Below are positions 54,940-64,000 of a stretch of 64,000 nt of DNA, in pieces. The DNA is taken from contig OX597841.1 of NCBI GenBank assembly GCA_951406725.2, positions 18,600,001-18,664,000 on the forward strand. The letters run 5' to 3'. A model generated the notes under the pieces. The model saw nothing but the letters and a program-made list of their open reading frames with translations. It searched no databases and was not told the DNA's origin. Positions within the stretch are counted from its first letter, which is position 1; every line of letters starts with the position of its first letter. The stretch comes from Octopus vulgaris. Taxonomy: Eukaryota. The position numbers and the translations under genes were made by a program.

Positions 54940-55157
54940 TAAATATATACATGCACACACACACACATGTACATATATGTTAATATATGCATATATATCT
55001 TTATAGATACGTACATTTAATTTCTGCAAACATTTATTATTGTATTTATATCTCCAAGAAGCTTCTTGCTACAGTATAATATATTTGAAAAATGAGTAGA
55101 GATGGCTTTTGGTGGAATAATTTTTATTCTAATGATAATGTGTACAGTTTCTTTTTA

Positions 55158-55660
55158 TGTAGAGGCTGTCCACAAAGTCTGGGTACATGGGGATGAACAC
55201 ATCATCATTTAGCGTCCGCTTTCCATGCTGGCATGGGTTGAATGGTTCAACTGGGGTCTGGGAAGCCAGAAGGCTGCACCAGGCCCAGTCTGATCTGGCA
55301 GTGTTTCTACTGCTGGATGCCCTTCCTAACGCCAACCACTCCGTGAGTGTAGTGGGTGCTTTTTACGTGCCACTGGCACGGGGTCCAGGCGAGGCTGGCA
55401 ACAGCCACGCTCGGATGGTGCTTTTTACGTGCCACCAGCATGGAGGCCCGTCGGGCCGGTGCTGGCAACAGCCACGATCGGATGGCTCTCTTACGTGCCA
55501 CCGGCACTGGTATCACAGCTACGATTTCCATTGATGTTGATCGATTTTAATTTTGATCTTTATTTTGATTTTGATTAAAGAAATTCTTATTTCTTATATT
55601 AATTCTTTATGTTATGATTTTATTTACTCCATGTACCCAGACTTTGTGGACAACCTGTAT
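55158..55660. mobile_element. MITE with ~28-bp TIRs, interrupted by an RTE 3' fragment
   Basis: AGGCTGTCCACAAAGTCTGGGTACATGG ... CCATGTACCCAGACTTTGTGGACAACCT, TA-flanked. Confidence 0.7.
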
Positions 55661-56823
55661 ATCAGTCTTTAAAAATAACAAAACCACTTCCAAAAGATAA
55701 ATCTGATCGATTTTCCTTTCCTTTGACCAACAATATGTCTACATTGAGAAATAGTTAGCTGTGATTCACAACAATCTGGCAGTTTTGCTGGCAAAGCTCA
55801 AAGACAATCCTTGTCATCAATATCATAGTTAACATGAAGGCGAACCAGCAGAAAAAATTCTGCCCATTTCGGGTTTCTAGGAAAGATTGGGGTAGCAACT
55901 TCAGACACCTCCAGAGTTTCTGTTGTAGGTAATGACAATGTTTAAGTTATTGTAGAAGCGTCAGTTCTAAGTTGATGAGAATTGGTTGTATTAATGTTAA
56001 ATATGCGCAGGAGTGGCTGTGTGGTAAGTAGCTTGCTAACGAACCACATGGTTCCGGGTTCAGTCCCACTGCGTGGCACCTTGGGCAAGTGTCTTCTACT
56101 ATAGCCTCGGGCCGACCAAAGCCTTGTGAGTGGATTTGGTAGATGGAAACTGAAAGAAGCCTGTCGTATATATGTATGTGTGTGTGTGTCTGTGTTTGTC
56201 CCCCCAGCATTGCTTGACAACCTATGCTGGTGTGTTTACGTCCCCATCACTTAGCAGTTCGGCAAAGGAGACCGATAGAATAAGTACTGGGCTTACAAAA
56301 GAATAAGTCCCGGGGTCGAGTTGCTCAAAGGCGGTGCTCCAGCATGGCCACAGTCAAATGACTGAAACAAGTAAAAGAGTAAAGAGTATGGTACGATATT
56401 CTTCAGATTGAACCCCCAGGCACTCACATTCCACTTTGGTAGAATTTTCATCTTCTTTCGGACAGTCGCTATCGCAATATTCCATGTGGTCTGACATGTC
56501 GTTTCAACTTGCAACTTTACAAGTTGGATTCCTCATTCGCCAACAACTGTCTCATCAATTGAATTGCTGACCATTCTTTGAGTTGATATTTTATTTTGCA
56601 CCTGCTCAATGTAGACATTTTGGTGGTCAAAGAAAAGGAAAAATAGATCAGAAGTGGAAGTGTTTTTTTTTTTGTTTTAAAGATTGATATATAAAAAAAA
56701 AACTGTAAATAAACATTATCATTAAAATAAAAACTATTCTCCTAAAAGCCATCACTACTCATTCTTTCAAATACATATATGTGTGTGTATGTATGTATAC
56801 ATATATATACACATACACACACT

Positions 56824-56863
<40 letters not shown>

Positions 56864-57023
56864 CATAAATACATATATATAAATAAATACATAGATGCAT
56901 ACATAAATATATATATATATACACACAGATATATATACTTATAATTATATATGTATGTGTATTTAGTGATATATATATATATATATATAGACATATATAT
57001 ATATATATACTTATATATAAATA

Positions 57024-57066
<43 letters not shown>

Positions 57067-57849
57067 TTACATATACATACACTTAATTGTGTTTATACCT
57101 GCCATGTGTCCCCAAAAGTATAGACCCACAAATATAGATTCCATTTCAAAGTTTTTAGAATTTACAAGTAGAATTTAATTTGGGAGTGATGGCCATTCTG
57201 GTGCAATCCCTGCTGAGTAAAGGGAAGCAACAGAATCACTAAGATCAAGAAACTTTCATTCCTTACTTATGTACATTTTCATTGGAGGTGGTCATGTGTA
57301 TTTAGCTGATGATCGTCGGGTTGTGAGTTCAATTCCTGGCTTCACATTGTGTTCTTGAGCAAGACACTTTATTTCATGTTGCTCCAGGTCACTCGGCCAG
57401 TAATTCAAAGGGGCCATTTTGTCACACTGAATTTCCTTGAGAACTAAATTAAGGGCATGCATGTCTGTGGAGTGCTCAGCCACTAGCACTCTATTTTCAA
57501 GAGCAGGCTGTTCCATTGATCGGATCAACTGGAACCCTCGTCTTCGTAACCGGCGGAGCACCAGTTAGTTGCAACAGTGCTTAATAATTAGGATATTCAT
57601 GACCAAACAATCATGAATTCGATTTCCGACAATGTGTTGTGTCCTTGAGCAAGACACTTTATTCAATGTTCAAAGTGCCAGCCTTGTCACATTCTGTGAC
57701 ATGCTGAATCTCCCTGGGAACTATGTTAAGGTTATGCATGTCTGGAGTACTCAGCCACTTGCATGCTAATTTCACAAGCAAGCTGTTCTATTGATCAAAA
57801 TTAAACTAGAACCTTTGTCGTCATAACCGATGGAGCACCAGTTATCTTT

Positions 57850-58780
57850 GAATTTGCTTTCATCCACTGGTTTCGGTTTTGTACCAAAACCTTTGTTCTT
57901 TAAGAATTCACATAAAAATGTCTGGTGTTGTGAGGTCCAGCAAACACAAGGGGTCTGGTACCTCACCTCTTCTCCCAATCGTTCTCCTTGGCAAAATCTC
58001 AGAAAGAGATGTCCTTATGTGACCATGGCAGTATTGTGATGCTGCTAATATTATTCCAAAACCTGTTCTTGAATGTTCAGTATGAAAGATTGCCACACCA
58101 GTTTCTAATGCACCGGACCAGTCTTGGTTCCATCAAGAAGGAATGGTCCAGTTATTTTTTGTTTTTTAGGATGAGCCAGCACCATACTGTTACTTAGAGT
58201 TAATTCTCATGGTATTCCTCCCTAACATACGGATTCTCAAATCAGTGCAGTTGTGGCTAATTAAGCCACTTAATTAAAATGTAGCTTCATTATTCCTATA
58301 GAAAAAGTATGTGTCTTCTGCACATTTTACCAAGTCCCTTTCTCAGAGCTTCACCCTTTTATCAGAGTCGTCTTTTATTAAATGCATGGACCTTTCTTGA
58401 AATGAAATTTTTCCAATGAAAGCACATCAAAATGCGATGGATGCTTGATGCTGAGATTTCTATTCCTGTCACTCATTTTTCACACCAAAACTTTTGCTTT
58501 GAGCTCTGGCAATATGTTCCTCACTCATTCCTTGTTTGGTGTGGCTCCTCAACATTCACATTCTTCAGGAACATTTCTTGTGGCTATTCCAGACTGTTCT
58601 GTTTGCTTCTGACTCAAGTGATGCTAAGTCGCAGAACTCAATCGGTTTCAAACTCCCTCCTAAACTGTCTTTACACTTCCCACAGCATTTTCAGATGAAT
58701 TTCTTTTATTCAAAGCTTAGCCTAGCTCCCTTCATTATTTCAAATGGGTTACATCAAAACAGAAATGAAGATTATATATA
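57850..58780 (-). mobile_element. Highly decayed Tc1/mariner-superfamily transposase
   Basis: IGRRGEVP.P...LDLTTPDIF resembles WIGR....WPxxSPDLTPxDFF. Confidence 0.55.
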
Positions 58781-59085
58781 CATTATTTTGGGTCCCTTCC
58801 CCCGTATATGTAAGTATACATATATATATATACATACACCTTTTATATATATGTATGTGTATATATTTATGTATAAATTATACTGCTGTTATGATACTAG
58901 TATGTATATAACTACTCCACCATATATATATATATATATATAAATATCGTGTACATTAAAACACATCAAGAGGCTTCCAAATAGGAAAGCCTTGTGCTAG
59001 AAAGAACAGTAGAAAACTCAAATCACTAATTAGGGATAAATTCTCGAAAGGAATGAAAATTAAAAATGTTTACCATCTTATTTAG

Positions 59086-59156
59086 TTCCTAGACCATAGT
59101 TTCTAACTAATTCCAGTAAAATAATATTTACTGAGGCTAGTTTTCATCAGTAGGAA
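59086..59156 (-). ncRNA. Type I hammerhead ribozyme motif (canonical core) in loop of a 150-bp-arm fold-back
   Basis: Minus strand: ttccta-CTGATGA-a aactag..cagtaaa tattat tttactg..ttagtt a-GAAA-ctatgg-TC-taggaa; GUC triplet. Confidence 0.8.
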
Positions 59157-59580
59157 GCCTGCTAGGAACTAAATAAGATGGTAAGCGTTTTTAATTTTCA
59201 TTCCTTTCAAGAATTTATGCCTAATTAGTGATTTGAGTTTTCTACTGCTCTTTCTAGCACAAGGCTTTCCTATTTGGAAGCCTCTTGATGTGTTTTAATG
59301 CACACGATATTTCTATGTGAATAATATATAGTCTATTGACTAATTCTTTTTTTGTGTTAGGCCACTGGTATTAATAATTTATATAATTCTTATTACCCTA
59401 ATGTTATTTATTATGTTTATATATATATAAATATATATATACATGTGTAAGTGTATGTCTGTATGTATACTGCAATTATTGTACAAGCATATAAAAGGCG
59501 TTGACAGTATTCAAAATTCTGAAATTTCATAACATAAGCTCACAGCAAACCTTGTATTGTCTTCTGCTTCATGTGATATG

Positions 59581-59623
<43 letters not shown>

Positions 59624-60085
59624 ACTCACACACACATACACATGCGCGCCACATGATATCCATGTATCAGAAACTCTGGTCCAAATGCATACCAATTTTT
59701 ACCTTGTTTTATATTCTATTTAAACTCTCAGTGATATCAAACATACATAACCTTTTTATTCACTGGACTGTATATAATAAAACTTGATATTTACCATATC
59801 TGGACCAGTCTACGTTCATTCTATACTATTGTTGTTATTGTTTTTATTATTATTATTAGTAGTAGTAGTATCATCATTGTCCTGTTATTACTCTCCCTCT
59901 TTTCTCTTTTGCAGCCATGCTGGAGCACCGCCTTTAGTCGAGCAAATCGACCCCGGGACTTATTCTTTTGTAAGCCCAGTACTTATTCTATCGGTCTCTT
60001 TTGCCGAACCGCTAATGTGACGGGGACGTAAACACACCAGCATCGGTTGTCAAGCAATGCTAAGGGGACAAACACAGACACACAA

Positions 60086-60120
<35 letters not shown>

Positions 60121-61357
60121 CATACACATATACGACAGGCTTCCTTTCAGTTTCCGTCTACCAAATCCACTCAGAAGGCATTGGTCGGCCCGGGGCTATA
60201 GCAGAAGACACTTGCCCAACATGCCACGCAGTGGGACTGAACCTGGAACCATGTGGTTGTTTAGCAAGCTACTTACCACACAGCCACTCCTGCGCCTTAC
60301 TATTATTTATTTCTTTGCTACCCACAAGGGGCTGAACACAGAGGGGACAAATAAGGACAGACAAACGGATTAAGTCGATTACATCGACCCCAGTGCGTAA
60401 CTGGTACTTAATTTATCAACCCCGAAAGGATGAAAGGCAAAGTCGACCTCGGCAGAATTTGAACTCAGAACGTAACGGCAGACAAAATACAGCTACACAT
60501 TACGCCCGGCATGCTAACGATTCTGCCAGCTCACCGCCTTTTATTACTAATATTATCATTATCATTATGTGATGAAAACAGTGTATTTTGCTGGGTATGA
60601 TGGAAAGTGTCAGCTGTCCACAGCCAGCAGACTAAAGGTTACTCTTGTTTTACTGGTCAAGCTTCAAGAACCCTGCGACGAATTCTTGCAGTTCCAAGCA
60701 ATGCTGATTTTTGTAGGTGTCCTACCTTCACACTTGCATGCTATGTCAGTTATCATGCATGGACGTTAAACAATGATGATGATGATGATGATGTTCTTTC
60801 TTTTTTATTCACCACAACAATGTCCAGTGTTATTATTATTATTATTATTATTGTTGTTGTTGTTGAGTGAGAGCGCAGTGCATGCCATCAAAGTGAAACT
60901 GGGGTAAAATATACGAAGCCCAGTATACCCATCATGACTACCCGTCTGATAAGGGTACACTAAGGCACATGCATCACAACCATATGTGCGCGACATGGTG
61001 ATCTCATATCAAGATAAACAGTGCATGACCTTGCAGGTGGGGGCCCAGTTAGAATTTTCTTCTGGTCGAGTAACCCATCCCGCTCAAAAGGTCCCTGAAT
61101 AAGGGTTGTTTAAGGATGTTGAACGAACCACCCATGTTTCCAAAGGTGAATTATCCAAACCCCAAAGAATCCCTCTTAACACATGGCTGTGATGCTCCCC
61201 CACTACTTATGCTCCTGATCAGAAATGCACATATCGTCAGCCACCAAGGGACATGCTCAACTGGTCTAAGGTCAAACAACTGACAAGCAAATCTGTGGTA
61301 TTGATCAGAATATTTGCTGTAGCCCATCTTTTATACCAAGACAAAACAATGTACATG

Positions 61358-61401
<44 letters not shown>

Positions 61402-61429
61402 CATTATTATTATTATTATTATTATTCTG

Positions 61430-62460
61430 CCAGGAAGTGAGTTGGCAGAATTGTTAGCAAGCTGGATGAAAGGCTTAGCAGTATTTCCCCCATCACCATG
61501 TTCTGATTTCAAATTCCACTGAAATTAACTTAACCTTTCATCCTTTCAGGATCAATAAGATAAGTACCAGTTGTACACTGGGGTTGATGTAGTAATCGAT
61601 TCACCTCCCCCTCCATCAAAAAATAGTTGCCCTTGTGGCAAAATTTGAAGCCATTATTATGATTATTATTATATAAGATGGTGTGCTGGCAGAATCGTTA
61701 ACACACCAGGTGAAATGCTTAGCGGCAACCTGGCAGAATCGTTAGCATGCTGGACTAAATGCTTTGTGGTATTTCGTCTGCCGTTACGTTCTGAGTTCAA
61801 ATTCTGCCGAGGTCGACTTTGCCTTTCATCCTCTTGGGGTCGATTAAATAAGTACCAGTGACACGCACTGGGGTCAATGTAATCGACTTAATCCGTTTGT
61901 CTGTCCTTGTTTGTCCCCTCTGTGTTTAGCCCCTTGGTATTTCGTAGGTATTTCGTATGTATTTACATTCTGAGTTCAAACTCCGCCGAGGTCGACTTTG
62001 CCTTTCATCCTTTCGGGGTTGATAAATTAAGTACCAGTGATGCACTGGGGTCGATGTAATCGACTTAATCCATTTGTCCCCTCTGTGTTTAGCTCCTTGT
62101 GGGTAGTCAAGAAATAGGTATTTCGTCTGCCGTTACATTCTGAGTTCAAATTCAACCGAGGTCGACTATACCGTTCATCCATTTGGGGATAATAAATTAA
62201 GTACCAGTTGCGTACAGGGGTCAATGTAATCGACTCTTCCCCACCACCCAATTTCTGGCCTTTTGCCTAGAGTCGAACGGATTGTTATTGTCGGTGTTGT
62301 TAGGGTGGCAAGCTGGCCGCATTGAGTAAAAGTCTTGGGGCCATTTCATCCGTCTTTATAATCTGTGTTCAAATTCCACTGGGGTCAACTTTACTTTCCA
62401 TCATTTTGGGGGTCAATAAAATAAGTAGCAGTCATGAACTGGGGTCAGTGTAATTGACTT
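61430..62460 (+). mobile_element. Cluster of ~5 tandem/nested Nin-domain-like SINE copies
   Basis: Repeated GAGTTCAAATTC...GCCTTTCATCCTTTCGGGGTCGATAAATTAAGTACCAG; further copies at 15720-16395, 18450-18590, 39360-39580, 60305-60540. Confidence 0.75.
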
Positions 62461-62525
62461 GCAGTCTTACCAGACTTACTGGCCTTGTCCATCTAGTGAC
62501 AGACAGACAGAGATAAAGTATTAAT

Positions 62526-62526
<1 letters not shown>

Positions 62527-62612
<86 letters not shown>

Positions 62613-62614
62613 CA
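62527..62614. repeat. (GGCA)n microsatellite
   Basis: Directly visible. Confidence 0.95.
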
Positions 62615-62944
62615 CGAGTCTTGAAAGACCATGGATCCGTATCTGGAGAATTTGTATCAGCTGCTGTTAGTGGCACAGTGTGCTGCTGGTGGCACAATGT
62701 CTGCATTTGAAGAAACTCTCCACCAGCACTGTAGACTTTTCTTCTCCTCCTCCTTTTTCTTCTTTTTCTCCTATCATCATCATCATCACCATCATCATTT
62801 ATTGTCTGCTTTCCATGCTGGCATGGGTTGGACGGTTTGACTGAGAACTGGCAAGCCAGGAGGCTGCACCAGGCTCCAATCTGATCTAGTAAGGTTTCTA
62901 CAGCTGGATGCCCTTCCTTAATGCCAACCACTCTGAGAGTGTAG

Positions 62945-63300
62945 TGGGTGCTTTTTACATGCTACCGGCACAGGAGCCAGTCAAGTGGCACTGGCAACGA
63001 CTACGCTTGAATGGTGCTTTTTACATGCTACCGGCACAGGAGCCAGCCAAGTGGCACTGGCAACGACCATGCTTGAATGGTGCTTTTTACATGCTACTGG
63101 TACAGGAGCCAGCCAAGTGGCACTGGCAACGACCACGCTTGAATGGTGCTTTTTACATGCCACCAGCACAGGAGCCAGTCAGGTGGCACTGGCAGTGACC
63201 ACGCTCGAATGGTGATTTTTACATGCCACCAGCACAGGAGCCAGTCAGGTGGTACTGGCAGTGACCACGCTCGAATGGTGCTTTTTTATGTGCCACCAGA
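62945..63300 (-). repeat. ~57-bp tandem repeat (about 6 units) within an RTE 3' UTR
   Basis: GGTGCTTTTTACATGC...GGCACTGGCAACGACCACGCTTGAAT units. Confidence 0.85.
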
Positions 63301-64000
63301 AACCATGATCTATGCCAGTGTAGCATAGTACCTGTCAGAGTACCTGTCAATCATTGGGCAATAAATTGTGCTTGAGAAGACCTGTTGTCTCCAGTGAAAT
63401 CAATGTGGCCGATGCCAGTGCTGCCTGATTGGCACATAAAAAGCACCGTTTGAACGTGGCCTTTCTATACTCTTACTTTTTACTCTTTAACTAGTTTCAG
63501 TCATTTGACTGCGGCCATGCTGGAGCACCGCCTTTAATCGAGCAACTCGACCCTTATACTTTTGTAAGCCCAGTACTTATTCTATCGGTCTCTTTTGCCG
63601 AACTGCTAAGTAACAGGGACGTAAACACACCAGCATCGGTTGTCAAGCAACCAAACATACACGCACACACATATATATATACATATATACGACAGGCTTC
63701 TTTCAGTTTCCGTCTACCAAATCCACTCACAAGGCATTGGTCGGCCCGGGGCTATAGCAGAAGACACTTGCCCAAGATGCCACGCAGTGGGACTGAACCC
63801 GGAACCATGTGGCTGGTTAGCAAGCTACTTACCATACAGCCACTCCTGTGCCTATGGCCAGAATAATTTTTTTTTTAATACTGATTTGGCAGTTAGTAAT
63901 AAATGAAAGTCCATGAAATGAAATCGCAATTGCAGTAGGCAATTATATCTTACTTGAGGTATATTTTGTATCATGTACTGAGTTTTCTCGCAATGCCTGA

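Noticed and set aside
56390-56640. Possible piggyBac-like fragment
   Set aside because: Too short and degenerate to support without a database search
62945-63300. CRISPR-like periodic array
   Set aside because: Units repeat along their whole length with no unique spacers; part of an RTE 3' UTR in a eukaryote

Overview
AT-rich, microsatellite-saturated animal genomic DNA; the SINE/LINE repertoire looks like Octopus/coleoid cephalopod (inference from recognised repeat families). One host gene is supported: the last three coding exons (15433-15522, 19191-19325, 32101-33479, + strand, GT-AG, all phase 1) of a TARP/stargazin-like CACNG-family gene with a long polyQ, Tyr-motif-rich tail. Its 5' exon(s) were not found and probably lie upstream of the window. 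The rest is decayed transposable elements: tRNA-derived SINEs, RTE, CR1/L2-like and R4/Dong LINEs, Penelope fragments, Tc1/mariner and hAT elements. Most ORFs in the track are microsatellite artefacts. The main unexplained structure is a set of short (150-450 bp) non-coding elements inserted in (TA)n. Many are long fold-back hairpins, and about a dozen carry type I hammerhead-ribozyme motifs with palindromic stem III. Five have fully canonical cores; others carry core variants including U4C, A6U and a possible G3:C8 swap. They resemble Penelope-derived, retrozyme-like mobile RNAs. All folds were derived by eye and not computed.
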